Part shown: positions 26,373 to 35,862 of the stretch, in pieces | Numbering within the stretch: the first letter of the stretch is position 1 | Layout: every line of letters begins with the position of its first letter | Assembly (NCBI RefSeq): GCF_038871235.1 | Contig: NZ_JAVZIN010000002.1 | Span: forward strand, 74,731 to 138,730 | Length of the DNA: 64,000 nt | Source of the DNA: Candidatus Hadarchaeum sp. | GTDB lineage: Archaea > Hadarchaeota > Hadarchaeia > Hadarchaeales > Hadarchaeaceae | Direction of reading: 5' to 3' | The notes under the pieces: generated by a model | Databases searched by the model: none | Told to the model about the DNA's origin: nothing | Seen by the model: the letters and a program-made list of their open reading frames with translations, nothing else | Made by a program: the position numbers and the translations under genes

Positions 26373-26956
26373 TTTTCTCCCTCCCCGGTCGGTTCGTTTG
26401 CCCCATTTCTCTCTGGTGCTGCTCCTGTCTCTTCAGGCGCCTTCACAGGCTCGGATGGCTCTGGACTTCCCACCTTGCTCCCGGCAAAGGTCTTACCAGA
26501 TACATAACCAATTAGAGGTTCTTCCTTAACTGGAACAAGATAACTGGGAACGTTAACACATCTGCCAGCTATGGCTATATGACCATGGACAATCAACTGC
26601 CTAGCTTGCAACATAGACTGCGCCAGCCCCTTTCTATGAACTATTGACTGAAGGCGTCTCTCCAGAATCTTGTCAACGGTCAGGCCCAAGACATCGTCCA
26701 GGGTGGCATTTTCACCAACTAGACCCAAACACTGTAATCTGCTGATAAGTTGTCTTGTCTCCCTCTCGGCTTGGGGCCCCGAAGCTGCTAAAAGATTTCT
26801 GGCCTGACTGCGGAAATTTCTCAATAAAGTCTGTGCCCGCCATATCTCTTCCTTTCTCCGCAATCCAAACTTTGACAGCATTGCGTCTTCGGCATCCATG
26901 CGACTCTTTTCCCAGGGATGTGAGGGCCTGAGATACTTCTTTCTCTGGCGTTTCAT
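26369..26956 (-). CDS. rps4: 30S ribosomal protein uS4
   Basis: [26 protein letters not shown]. Confidence 0.97.
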   Translation of the reverse strand: MKRQRKKYLRPSHPWEKSRMDAEDAMLSKFGLRRKEEIWRAQTLLRNFRSQARNLLAASGPQAERETRQLISRLQCLGLVGENATLDDVLGLTVDKILERRLQSIVHRKGLAQSMLQARQLIVHGHIAIAGRCVNVPSYLVPVKEEPLIGYVSGKTFAGSKVGSPEPSEPVKAPEETGAAPERNGANEPTGEGEN

Positions 26957-26971
26957 TTTGCATCACCGAGC

Positions 26972-27508
26972 TTAGGCTTTCTTAGCTCCTGCTTTTTCCG
27001 CTGGCGCGGCTTCGGCCTTTTCCTTCTTCGCTTTGGCTGGCTTGGCAGCTTCCTCCCGCATCCTAGCTTCCTTTCTCTTTACTCCTACTGTCAGACCTTT
27101 CCTACCGGTGGTTCTCGTACGCTGGCCCCGGACAGGTAAACCGAGCTCATGCCTTATTCCGCGCCGGCTACGGATGCGACGCTCCCTACCTATATCTGAA
27201 CGAACGGCCATGTCAAAATCCGGACCGATCAGGTGGATATCCTTGCCTGTATCATAATCCTTTCTTCTGTTTAGCATCCAACTGGGAAAACCGTACTGGG
27301 TGGGGTTCTTGATGATACTCTCCAGCTGCTCCACTTGGTCTTTGGTAAGATCACCAAGCTTCATCGACGGGTCAATGCCTGCCACTAGCGCTGCTGCTCT
27401 AGCATAGGCAAAGCTGACGCCCTTGATGTCGGTCAGCGCCAGCTGGACCTTTTTTTCGCCAGACAGGTCCTTCCCTGCCATCCGCACTATGTGCTTGAAC
27501 TCAGGCAT
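26972..27508 (-). CDS. rps13: 30S ribosomal protein uS13
   Basis: PSWMLNRRKD, RGIRHELGLPVRGQRTRTTGR. Confidence 0.97.
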   Translation of the reverse strand: MPEFKHIVRMAGKDLSGEKKVQLALTDIKGVSFAYARAAALVAGIDPSMKLGDLTKDQVEQLESIIKNPTQYGFPSWMLNRRKDYDTGKDIHLIGPDFDMAVRSDIGRERRIRSRRGIRHELGLPVRGQRTRTTGRKGLTVGVKRKEARMREEAAKPAKAKKEKAEAAPAEKAGAKKA

Positions 27509-27629
27509 TTTTCCCACGCCTTTTGCCATAGACCTTTCGCACAACTGCCTATTTAATTATTGATAACAGCAGTTTTTAGCTGTTCAGTTACTATAGTCAA
27601 CTTTTGGTTAAAAGCCTTAGGTTTGGGTT

Positions 27630-27730
27630 TGGCGCCGGGGAGGGGATTTGAACCCCTGCGGCCCGTGAGGACCACGAGCTATCCATCATCGGCTCCAGGC
27701 TCGCGCGTTACCTGGCTACGCTACCCCGGC
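27630..27730 (-). tRNA. tRNA-Ser(GGA) with 12-nt intron at 37/38 (27681-27692)
   Basis: GCCGGGG acceptor, CGAGC-CT GGA G[CCGATGATGGAT]A-GCTCG, long variable arm, G73 and encoded CCA. Confidence 0.92.
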
Positions 27731-27805
27731 ACCCAATGAAAATGTGTTTTTGGCTTTAAATGTCATTCAACCACGTCTTCAATAATGGCAACAGATGGGG
27801 AGAAC

Positions 27806-28798
27806 TCATTTCCACTTTTTAGGATAGGTCCCGGGACTCATCACTATTCTTTCAGGTTTAGCCACAATTCCGTGATCGGTCTCGTAAATTTCCTTTGACC
27901 CCATCGTCGCGTGCGCCAGACCTATTAGTTCTCCTTTTAAGGTCAAAATAGCGACCAGATCTCCAGCCGATATTCCTGTCTCCACTGAAATTACTCCTGG
28001 CGCTGCTAAACTGGCCCCATGACATATGGCGTCGACAGCTCCGTCCCGCACCACTATCTTCGGCAAATGCTGCACTGAAATTTCCACGGGCAATATCGCA
28101 CTGCGTAAGGGCTCCTCCCGGCCCTCCTCCTGCCAGAACGCGTAGGCATCAGAAAGATCATGTAACTTAATTGAATCCTTCTCCATGAAAGGACCTGTCC
28201 TAGTTCGTCTCAGCTCACTCATGTGTGCTCCGCATCCCAAAGCCTCCCCTATGTCTGACATCAGCTTACGCATATATGTCCCAGCTTCGCAGCCCACTCG
28301 CATAAGAACCTCCCTACCATCTCGCTCAAGAAGCTCAATATAATAGACATTTCTGACGCGAAGTTGCCGCTTAACCGCTGCTCGCATGGGTGGACGTTGA
28401 TATATCTCTCCCTGAAAATCCAACAAAACCTGCTCTAGCCGGTGTTGCGGCACTTCATCATGAAGGTGCATTACTCCCACGTATTCTTTCCCTGAAAGCA
28501 ACAGCGTCCGAGTCACCTTAGTGGCATCCTCTAAAGCCACCGGTAGGACCCCGCTAACTCCTGGATCTAGAGTTCCACCGTGGCCTGCTCTCTGCAGATG
28601 GAGCAAGAGCTTGACCCAAGCCACGACCTCGTGGGAGGTAGGTCCCCTTGGCTTATCTAGATTAATCATGCCCAACCTGATGTGCTCCTGAATCGGCCTC
28701 TTGAACGGGTCACAACCGTACTCCGGATCGGTAGTGTCATGAGCCTTGACGAGTGTCTCACGTTTGATATCTCCAAGCAACTTTCCCAAGTGGAACAC
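27806..28798 (-). CDS. cbf5: H/ACA RNA-guided pseudouridine synthase Cbf5
   Basis: DKPRGPTSHEV, GHGGTLDP, GTYMRKL, C-terminal PUA domain. Confidence 0.96.
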   Translation of the reverse strand: MFHLGKLLGDIKRETLVKAHDTTDPEYGCDPFKRPIQEHIRLGMINLDKPRGPTSHEVVAWVKLLLHLQRAGHGGTLDPGVSGVLPVALEDATKVTRTLLLSGKEYVGVMHLHDEVPQHRLEQVLLDFQGEIYQRPPMRAAVKRQLRVRNVYYIELLERDGREVLMRVGCEAGTYMRKLMSDIGEALGCGAHMSELRRTRTGPFMEKDSIKLHDLSDAYAFWQEEGREEPLRSAILPVEISVQHLPKIVVRDGAVDAICHGASLAAPGVISVETGISAGDLVAILTLKGELIGLAHATMGSKEIYETDHGIVAKPERIVMSPGTYPKKWK

Positions 28799-29026
28799 CT
28801 AAGATAACCCTGCCGCCTCCAAGGCCCGCTTTACCTCTTCGTCGGAGGCACCCTTTTGAATCTCAAGCTTTTTATCGGTGGGTTCAAGATGAGCAAGGTT
28901 ACAACGCCTGCGCTTGACTCCCGCACCAGTCACCACGACAAAGGTATCGTCCAGCTTCTCCACGATCACGCAAAGCCTTCCAGCTTCGTGACCTGCAATC
29001 TTTACACAGACCCGTCCTACTTCCAT
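28799..29026 (-). CDS. rpl14e: 50S ribosomal protein eL14
   Basis: GRVCVKIAGHEAG..CVIV, VKRRRCNLAHLEPT. Confidence 0.95.
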   Translation of the reverse strand: MEVGRVCVKIAGHEAGRLCVIVEKLDDTFVVVTGAGVKRRRCNLAHLEPTDKKLEIQKGASDEEVKRALEAAGLS

Positions 29027-29034
29027 CACCACTT

Positions 29035-29574
29035 CTAACGCCTCCTCTTCATGACCGCCTCAATTGCCGCGGCAAGTATCTTGGTCGTCTCCGCGATCGA
29101 CAACCTCTCCGTGTTCACCACGATGTCAAAAATTGAATAATCGTTAATATCAATGTTGTACAGTTTTTTAAATCTTTTTGCCTCACTTTTTTCCCTTTTG
29201 ACCGTCTCATCGTAAACATCGCGATATCTTCGTCCTTCTCTTTGAGCAATCCTTTTCACCCTCACTTTTATCGGGGCTGTGAGGAATATTTTGAGGTCCG
29301 CTTTTTTAGCCATCCACCCGGCCAACCTTGCATCTATCAGAACCTTGCCACCTCTTGCAGCATCGGCAATCTTCCTGTCGATCATTTGGTCAATAGAAGG
29401 GTGACGCTCAGCATACCTCTGACCTTCTTTCAAGGTCATGCCCTTTTCCTTGATCAGCTCTCTGAAGATATCTCCGGCGCAGAGATATCGCAGGCTTCGA
29501 AACCTCTTTGCCAGAGCTTTAGCCGTTGTTGATTTCCCGGCACCGTGTAGGCCGCTGATGGCAACGGCTACCAT
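29035..29574 (-). CDS. cmk: Cytidylate kinase (archaeal type)
   Basis: ISGLHGAGKST P-loop, ARLAGW, RFKKLYNIDI; conserved position. Confidence 0.92.
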   Translation of the reverse strand: MVAVAISGLHGAGKSTTAKALAKRFRSLRYLCAGDIFRELIKEKGMTLKEGQRYAERHPSIDQMIDRKIADAARGGKVLIDARLAGWMAKKADLKIFLTAPIKVRVKRIAQREGRRYRDVYDETVKREKSEAKRFKKLYNIDINDYSIFDIVVNTERLSIAETTKILAAAIEAVMKRRR

Positions 29575-29578
29575 ACTC

Positions 29579-29845
29579 TCAGGTCCTAGCTTTTTCTATC
29601 AGTGCTCTTCGGGAACAGGCAACACATAGATAACCGCCGAAGGCCCGGTTCGGCATCCTCAGACTGCGAGGAAGACTCCTCAGTATGCCCCCCTGTATCC
29701 TAGGTACGCCACTAAGTGGTCGGCCACAGGAAGCGCATTTTGCGGCGGCTTTTCTCTTCTCCCGGTAGTGTTTCGACACTCTTCCTCCTGGTGTGCGAAC
29801 CTGTCTCTTTTTGTAGGTATTAGATCTGTGTCTCCGCGCGGGCAA
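29579..29845 (-). CDS. rpl34e: 50S ribosomal protein eL34
   Basis: RTPGG, CASC, PNRAFGGYLCVAC. Confidence 0.95.
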   Translation of the reverse strand: MPARRHRSNTYKKRQVRTPGGRVSKHYREKRKAAAKCASCGRPLSGVPRIQGGILRSLPRSLRMPNRAFGGYLCVACSRRALIEKART

Positions 29846-30664
29846 CTAATCACCTATCATAATTTTTCTAAATATCTGGGAAAATCCGAGGTAGGTAATG
29901 AAATACCACCAACCCACCCCGAAAACGACCAGCGGGCCAATAAAGGGAAGGTCTATTCTGATAAACGGCAACCAAGCCACCACCCATCCTTTAAAGTAAC
30001 CGCTCAGCGTGATCCACAGGATAAAAAGCGGGATCATATAGATGATGGACGGCTTCAAGGTTTGCGACGTGTTCTGCATCATCAGCTTGTTTATCTCGGG
30101 CTGCTGCAATTGAAGTTTGTGCACCAGTTTCATGTCCCTCTTCTTCATCGCCTCACGGTATTCCTTCTGGAAAGCAGCTATTTTCTCTTTGTTCTGCTTC
30201 ACCAACTCCCAGTTCACCATTTTCTTAGTTATTATATTCACAATAAATGATGCCACAACACTGATGCCCAGAATTATAAAGAGAGAATATTCAAAAATTG
30301 GCGACAGATGAACCCCCACCAGCGAAGCCGCTCTGGAGATATCTGATCGCAAAGAGAGGATATCGGTTTCAGTTGGTGTCTGAGAAACTGCTGCGAACTT
30401 GACCTTAATTTGCTCGTCAAGGGAGGAATCTGCTCCCGCCACGCTGGAGCTGAAACTAAACAGATAGCCCTCATAGGCCTGCGCAAGATGGCTTTTGGCC
30501 GAGTCGCTGTCGCCCCGGCGCAAGGATGCCGCTGAGGTGTCTAAGTTATTAATGATGCTGAAAAGATCGTCGCTATTTCCTTGCCCTTGGGCCCGAGCTA
30601 ATCCTGAAAGAATTATAGCAGATGTCAGCACCAGAGCCAGCAGAATCGGCATCTTTCTTGGCAT
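29846..30664 (-). CDS. DUF106/EMC3-TMCO1 (Oxa1-superfamily) membrane insertase with N-terminal signal peptide and extra domain
   Basis: C-terminal TM, coiled coil, KPSIIYMIP and WWYF..F...RK typical of DUF106; position between secY and eL34; ~120 extra N-terminal residues. Confidence 0.88.
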   Translation of the reverse strand: MPRKMPILLALVLTSAIILSGLARAQGQGNSDDLFSIINNLDTSAASLRRGDSDSAKSHLAQAYEGYLFSFSSSVAGADSSLDEQIKVKFAAVSQTPTETDILSLRSDISRAASLVGVHLSPIFEYSLFIILGISVVASFIVNIITKKMVNWELVKQNKEKIAAFQKEYREAMKKRDMKLVHKLQLQQPEINKLMMQNTSQTLKPSIIYMIPLFILWITLSGYFKGWVVAWLPFIRIDLPFIGPLVVFGVGWWYFITYLGFSQIFRKIMIGD

Positions 30665-30870
30665 AAATTCACCTTAGCGCTGAGACTATATTATCCACTG
30701 CTTTTTAAACCCTTTATCAATATTCTGAAAACAAACCGAAGCCCTGAAACTGGTGGACAGAAAATCCCAACATCGCAATCCGGCTGCTGGCGTTTCGATA
30801 GCCCAACTAGCTTGCTCAAACTATGCATAGTTGCCTCACTGACCAGTCTTTCTGCAACTCGATCGTGTTC

Positions 30871-32340
30871 TCACTCGCCAAAGAGTTTCCTAACGGCTGG
30901 GAACATTTCCGCCACTTGTTCTTTGGCTATCTCCTGATACAAGCTGTACATGATACCAACAGTCAACAGGATGCCTGTCCCGCTACCTAGTGCGCCCAAA
31001 AAGTCCGCCCCGGCCGAGAGGAACCCTACAAAGGCACCACCGAGTAGAGCCGCGGTTATGATGTAACGACTCAGTACCCACTCCATGACTCTCACATCAC
31101 GCCTAAATCCTGGAATCAACATGCCGGACTCATCCAGTTGTCTCGCCACATCTCCTGGGCCCATCCCAGTCATGTGCACCCAGAGGTAAGCGAAGCCCAT
31201 GCTGGCGAGAACTAATATCGCCATATAGATGACGGCCCGAATTGGATCGGCGGCTACTTGGGCCAGTCCATTTGGGGCATCTGTGAAGTAGGAAAGCCAC
31301 GGCGCATGAAGAAGGGCGGCAAATATCTTCAGATTGGCAAAAACCGTCATGGCCAAGATGACCGGAATATTTGAAGTGTAGAGGAACCTTATCGGGTAGC
31401 GTCCCCTGACCCCGCCAAACCGACCGTATGCCAGCGGAATCTCTATTCTCATGCTTTCGGCATAAACTACTATGAAAAATATAAGAATTGTCGCTATCAG
31501 TCCCATCATATTAGGCAAATGGGGTCTGAAGAACTCACTGATGACATCACCGCTGCTGAGTACCGTGCCTATCAAATTAGGGATGACGCCGGTGGCTGGG
31601 TTTAGGGCCTCCCAGACCACCGTCATGGCAACACCGCCAGCTATAAACAAACTGACCCCGCTACCGAAGCCGTATTTTGAGACCACTTCATCCAGATAGA
31701 TCACCACGATGGCCCCTAGGGTTAGTTGCAGAACAAGCAGAATTCCCGCTGGGCTCAACAACCCCACACTCTTGCCATAGTTACCTGCCAGTACCAGCAT
31801 CGCGCCCTCAAAAACAGCCATAATGATTGCTAAAAATTTCTGAATCCCGGTGAAGAGGGCACGGTCTTCACTCTCCGACAAATTTAAACCTATTATCTTG
31901 CTGCCCACCAAGAGCTGCATTACTATTCCCGCCGTAACAATTGGGCCAATACCTAACTCCATCAAACTGCCGGCATGACTTGCCAGAACGTATCTAAGCT
32001 GACCGAAGAAATTTTGGGCCCCGGCATCCCAGACGCCGTTATGATTCAAATCAGTATAAGGTTCTAAAGCGGTTTCACCAGGGTCCATCACCCCGTTACC
32101 ATTGGCATCAATAAAGTCAAAGACTCCGTTACCGTTAGTGTCCACGAACGGCTCCCGCTGGGCTATGCCGTAGAGCGGAATCTGAGACATCAAGAAGAAA
32201 ACAATCAGGGCCACTCCAGTCCAGATGAACCTCTCCTTAAAAGGAACCCTTCTTTTGGGAACTGCAACTTCGGGCAAACGACGAACAATTGAATCTAATG
32301 CATAAAGCTTCGAGCGCGGCTTCTCCATTTCCCCATCCAT
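30871..32340 (-). CDS. secY: Preprotein translocase SecY with repeat insertion
   Basis: ELGIGPIVTAGIVMQLL, GFGSGVSLFI, YTSNIPVIL, IPGFRRD, SGTGILLTV. Confidence 0.97.
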   Translation of the reverse strand: MDGEMEKPRSKLYALDSIVRRLPEVAVPKRRVPFKERFIWTGVALIVFFLMSQIPLYGIAQREPFVDTNGNGVFDFIDANGNGVMDPGETALEPYTDLNHNGVWDAGAQNFFGQLRYVLASHAGSLMELGIGPIVTAGIVMQLLVGSKIIGLNLSESEDRALFTGIQKFLAIIMAVFEGAMLVLAGNYGKSVGLLSPAGILLVLQLTLGAIVVIYLDEVVSKYGFGSGVSLFIAGGVAMTVVWEALNPATGVIPNLIGTVLSSGDVISEFFRPHLPNMMGLIATILIFFIVVYAESMRIEIPLAYGRFGGVRGRYPIRFLYTSNIPVILAMTVFANLKIFAALLHAPWLSYFTDAPNGLAQVAADPIRAVIYMAILVLASMGFAYLWVHMTGMGPGDVARQLDESGMLIPGFRRDVRVMEWVLSRYIITAALLGGAFVGFLSAGADFLGALGSGTGILLTVGIMYSLYQEIAKEQVAEMFPAVRKLFGE

Positions 32341-32345
32341 CGCTT

Positions 32346-32786
32346 TCACCCAGCGATAGCCTTGCCACCAGCTTCCTCAAGCTTTCGTTTAGCCGATTCA
32401 ACAAATGATTTTGCCACAACCTCAAGCGGACGAGTCACGCGGCCACCGCCTAGGACCTTGTCGACTCCGAGCTTGTTCAAATCCACCAGAAATCTATCCC
32501 CCTCCTTCTTGGCCACTCCCATCCCAACTAACCTATCCAAATTTTCGTCGATTTCACCGACGTTGATGGCGGTTACCCCCCGACGCACAGCCTCCGGTCG
32601 TGTGAAGCCGTGTTTGCCGAAATAATCAGGCATGTATCTAATGATGTACGACCACTTGTGTTTGTGTCCACCGCTCATTCCCGTGCCGCCACGCTCGCCA
32701 CTACCCCTTCCTCTCTTAGAGCATCCACGGCCATAGGTGCGCCTACCTCGCTGTTTTCTAACCTTTCTACCCCTGCGAACGGTCAT
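32346..32786 (-). CDS. rpl15: 50S ribosomal protein uL15
   Basis: RTYGRG, FGKHGF, KVLGGG, AKRKLEEAGG. Confidence 0.96.
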   Translation of the reverse strand: MTVRRGRKVRKQRGRRTYGRGCSKRGRGSGERGGTGMSGGHKHKWSYIIRYMPDYFGKHGFTRPEAVRRGVTAINVGEIDENLDRLVGMGVAKKEGDRFLVDLNKLGVDKVLGGGRVTRPLEVVAKSFVESAKRKLEEAGGKAIAG

Positions 32787-32791
32787 AGATC

Positions 32792-33256
32792 TCACATCAT
32801 CCGCATAATCAACTCGTTAATCTTTTCACCGCGGTAGCCCAAATCTCCGAGGTCCCTCACCGGGCGTTTAGTCGATTTGTAACCCCCTGAAGGCGGGTGG
32901 AGTCTGAAAACCTTTTTGATGCCAATCTCATCCAATTTCACGCTACCGTTTGTAATCGCCGCCGCCAGATCCGCCAAGCTCTGAAAGTTTAGTCTGTTCT
33001 TAATCACCTCATCGGTCAATTTCTTGTTGCCGATGAGCCTGCCTCTCTTTGCCAACAATTGTTCTACAACATCGGCTCTTACTTCACCCCACGTAACATA
33101 GTCCTTAACTTTTCTTACCATCCCTAAGATAGATTCATTATCATCAACTAGGACGCAATGATTGACCCGAGTCAGTCCCAACATCTTTAATGTATCCTTG
33201 ACCTCCCGTCTAGCGTTGATATCGCTCCTGATCTTGATCACCGCAAGTTTAGCCAC
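32792..33256 (-). CDS. rpl30: 50S ribosomal protein uL30
   Basis: VKDYVTWGE, FRLHPP.GG, GDLGYRG. Confidence 0.96.
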   Translation of the reverse strand: MAKLAVIKIRSDINARREVKDTLKMLGLTRVNHCVLVDDNESILGMVRKVKDYVTWGEVRADVVEQLLAKRGRLIGNKKLTDEVIKNRLNFQSLADLAAAITNGSVKLDEIGIKKVFRLHPPSGGYKSTKRPVRDLGDLGYRGEKINELIMRMM

Positions 33257-33926
33257 TCACGACACCCGCCTTGCCTAGAACCACGCGCTCTCGGTATCGG
33301 TCGCTCATGACCACTTTGGTCGTTTGCTTCAAAGCCTCCATCACCGCCATTGAGAGATTGAGCGTCGTGCGTGTCTCCCCCTCGGTCCTCGTCCAAGCAT
33401 CAAGTATTCCTGCCATGCGAAGAATGGTTTTTGGAATCTCAGCTGACGCCAGCCCGAGCCCACGCGGTGCCGGCTTTATAAAAACTTTGACGCTGCCGCT
33501 CTTCCCGGAAACTTCAAATGGAACGGAGTGACTTCGCCCGCAACCGCACTCCCAGCTACCACAGCCCCTAGCCACTTCAATGACATTTAACTTTGCCACG
33601 TTAACGGCTTTTTTAATGGAGGAACCTATGTCCCTAGCGCTGGCGTGACCAACTCCAACGATGCCATCCCTGTTCCCGACCACGGCCACTACCCTGTATT
33701 TCACCCTGCGACCTGACTTGTGCATTCTTTGAACCAGCGTAACTTCGAGAATCTCCTCTTGGATGTTCGGGACTAAGGCGTCAACTATTTCGCTTTCCTT
33801 GATCGGCTTTCCAGCCCGCAGTATCTGCGAAATATCGGTGATTTTTCCCTCCTTGACCTGTCTGCCCAAGCTGGTGCGCGGCTGCCAATGCTCGATGTTA
33901 AATTCCTCTGCTCTTTGTCTTCTCAT
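33249..33926 (-). CDS. rps5: 30S ribosomal protein uS5
   Basis: WQPRTSLG, RGCGSWEC, PAPRGLGL. Confidence 0.97.
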   Translation of the reverse strand: MRRQRAEEFNIEHWQPRTSLGRQVKEGKITDISQILRAGKPIKESEIVDALVPNIQEEILEVTLVQRMHKSGRRVKYRVVAVVGNRDGIVGVGHASARDIGSSIKKAVNVAKLNVIEVARGCGSWECGCGRSHSVPFEVSGKSGSVKVFIKPAPRGLGLASAEIPKTILRMAGILDAWTRTEGETRTTLNLSMAVMEALKQTTKVVMSDRYRERVVLGKAGVVSG

Positions 33927-33927
33927 C

Positions 33928-34524
33928 TTAACCACCGAACTGCCTGACTATCTCTTGCTTTACTGAATTAAAGTGATCAGGTATTTGTTCAGGAAGCAAC
34001 CCCTTTGATAAATAACTTGAGAACCTCGCCATGTATGTTCTTTCATCCTCTTTTTTCAAACTCTCCGCATACGCCGATATATCTTCGCCGCTTATCCTTT
34101 CATCCGACGGTAAAATCTCTTCTTGATGTGGTATCTGCAGACCTGCGTCCAAGGCTCCCTTCAGCACGGCGAAAACTTTAGCACCCTTGGTGGGGTGTCT
34201 CATACCAATATCAAGTACCGCTTCCTTCACCCCAGCTTTTACGGCGCGATATCCGCAAAGTAAACCAACAAGGTAAGCTGCTGGTAGGTTGGATGTCCCG
34301 TCCTTCCAGCCAAACTTCTCCAGCTGTTTAGAATGAGCGGAGACCAAGACCAAATCTCCGGTGGGGGAAAATTTCATAATCTGGGCTGAAATATGCCTCA
34401 GCGAAACTCTGACGACTAGCCTCAGCTTTCTGGACCTCAACAGCTTGAGCCTGTACCTGTAATCCGTCCTTCCCTCCCTCTTTCGCCTGAACTCAACCTT
34501 GAACCGTGGACCAGATGTCTTCAT
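33928..34524 (-). CDS. rpl18: 50S ribosomal protein uL18
   Basis: RRKREGRTDY, NLPAAYLVG, GALDAGL. Confidence 0.96.
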   Translation of the reverse strand: MKTSGPRFKVEFRRKREGRTDYRYRLKLLRSRKLRLVVRVSLRHISAQIMKFSPTGDLVLVSAHSKQLEKFGWKDGTSNLPAAYLVGLLCGYRAVKAGVKEAVLDIGMRHPTKGAKVFAVLKGALDAGLQIPHQEEILPSDERISGEDISAYAESLKKEDERTYMARFSSYLSKGLLPEQIPDHFNSVKQEIVRQFGG

Positions 34525-34530
34525 TTTAAA

Positions 34531-34977
34531 TCACTTCAAGATACCTCTTTCCTTCAGGTAAAGATTCAAGTGCGCCTTGCTCCGGAAATAGCCGCCTTTT
34601 ACCATCCTGTAGAGCTTCCGATATTCTCCGTGGTCAATCAAACCTTCCTTTCTCAGTTCCCTCAGCCTAACCCGTAAAGGCCGAACCGTCTTTACCCAGT
34701 TGGCCTTTCTGGGCGCCCTCGCGCCGCTTGCACCCTTCCTTGACCCCATCCCGCGGCGTCTGCCTGCCCTGCGCTTTAACCTCCTCGTCCTCAGCCTGCC
34801 CCGGCTGATCCCCGTCTCTGGCTTTGCCCTGATAGCGCCCTGTTTGATAAGCCGTTTAATATCATCACGAGTGATGGCGGCAGAAACATCCGCTATGCGA
34901 CTAGGATCTATCCAGACCCTGTTCACACCAACCTTGAGGATATCAGCTGCCAGTCTTTTCTTCATGTCCAGCTTCAT
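34531..34977 (-). CDS. rpl19e: 50S ribosomal protein eL19
   Basis: KRLAADILKVG..RVW, GSRKG, YRMVKGG.F. Confidence 0.96.
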   Translation of the reverse strand: MKLDMKKRLAADILKVGVNRVWIDPSRIADVSAAITRDDIKRLIKQGAIRAKPETGISRGRLRTRRLKRRAGRRRGMGSRKGASGARAPRKANWVKTVRPLRVRLRELRKEGLIDHGEYRKLYRMVKGGYFRSKAHLNLYLKERGILK

Positions 34978-35326
34978 CCTTCCTCACCCCCAGATTAAGC
35001 ACCTTTATCTTCAGCTCTTCAGCTCTTTTCAAGATCTGTTCCCTTTTTTTCCTTCCCACATTTGCAGCTATTCTGATCGCCTGTCTGGCCGCGTCAATTT
35101 TCTCAAGATCGGATAAGTTCTTTACCAGCACCTCAGTAAAGCCAGAGGGATGAAGATCCCTAACTGTCTTAGGAACCCGATAACCAATAGAAACTAGGTG
35201 CCCCTTACCGCTAACCCTAAGGCGAAGCTTACTGTCCCGTCCTCTGGGCTTACGCCATTTCTCCCCAAGCCTCTTGAACCTGAACCATTCCTGACGTCTG
35301 AACTTTGGTAGTCGTTTCTTCTCCAT
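34943..35326 (-). CDS. rpl32e: 50S ribosomal protein eL32
   Basis: PKFRRQE, WRKPRG, LHPSG. Confidence 0.96.
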   Translation of the reverse strand: MEKKRLPKFRRQEWFRFKRLGEKWRKPRGRDSKLRLRVSGKGHLVSIGYRVPKTVRDLHPSGFTEVLVKNLSDLEKIDAARQAIRIAANVGRKKREQILKRAEELKIKVLNLGVRKDEAGHEEKTGS

Positions 35327-35331
35327 CGAAA

Positions 35332-35862
35332 TCACGACCTTTCAACGATGTAACAACCGTCTTGGAAAATCCTGCGATCCCTGTACTTCACAGAAGTTGC
35401 CTGCTCGATGTTAAAAGCTGTTTGTCCTACATCATCTTTGTTTATCCCCCTGACGATAATTTCATCACCATTGACCTCCACCGAGACGTCGCCGACTATC
35501 TCCGCGACCCGAGGCGATTTCTCACCCAAAAAGTTATGAATAGTCACGCGTTTTCCCTCGACCTTCACCGTAATTGGAAAATGTGAATATACGGTGCGAA
35601 GTTTATAGACAAAACCTTCGGTGACCCCTTTGATCATGTTCATTAAATGTGCTTTAAAAACTCCAAGCGCGGCCTTGTCCCTGCGGCGCAAAGAGGAGAT
35701 CGTCCCGATGATAACGCGGCCCTGAATCTTTATCTCTAGGCCTGGAAAATCAAATTCACGTGAGAGAGCTCCCTTTTTCCCGCTCACCTCGACTCTCTTG
35801 CCCTCGACCTTGACTTCCACGCCATCTGGTAATTCTATTTTCTCTTCCATTATCCGCGACAT
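35332..35862 (-). CDS. rpl6: 50S ribosomal protein uL6
   Basis: YSHFPI, NFLGEK, DRRIFQDG.Y; true start ATG 35862 (track start 36114 over-extends into uS8). Confidence 0.96.
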   Translation of the reverse strand: MSRIMEEKIELPDGVEVKVEGKRVEVSGKKGALSREFDFPGLEIKIQGRVIIGTISSLRRRDKAALGVFKAHLMNMIKGVTEGFVYKLRTVYSHFPITVKVEGKRVTIHNFLGEKSPRVAEIVGDVSVEVNGDEIIVRGINKDDVGQTAFNIEQATSVKYRDRRIFQDGCYIVERS

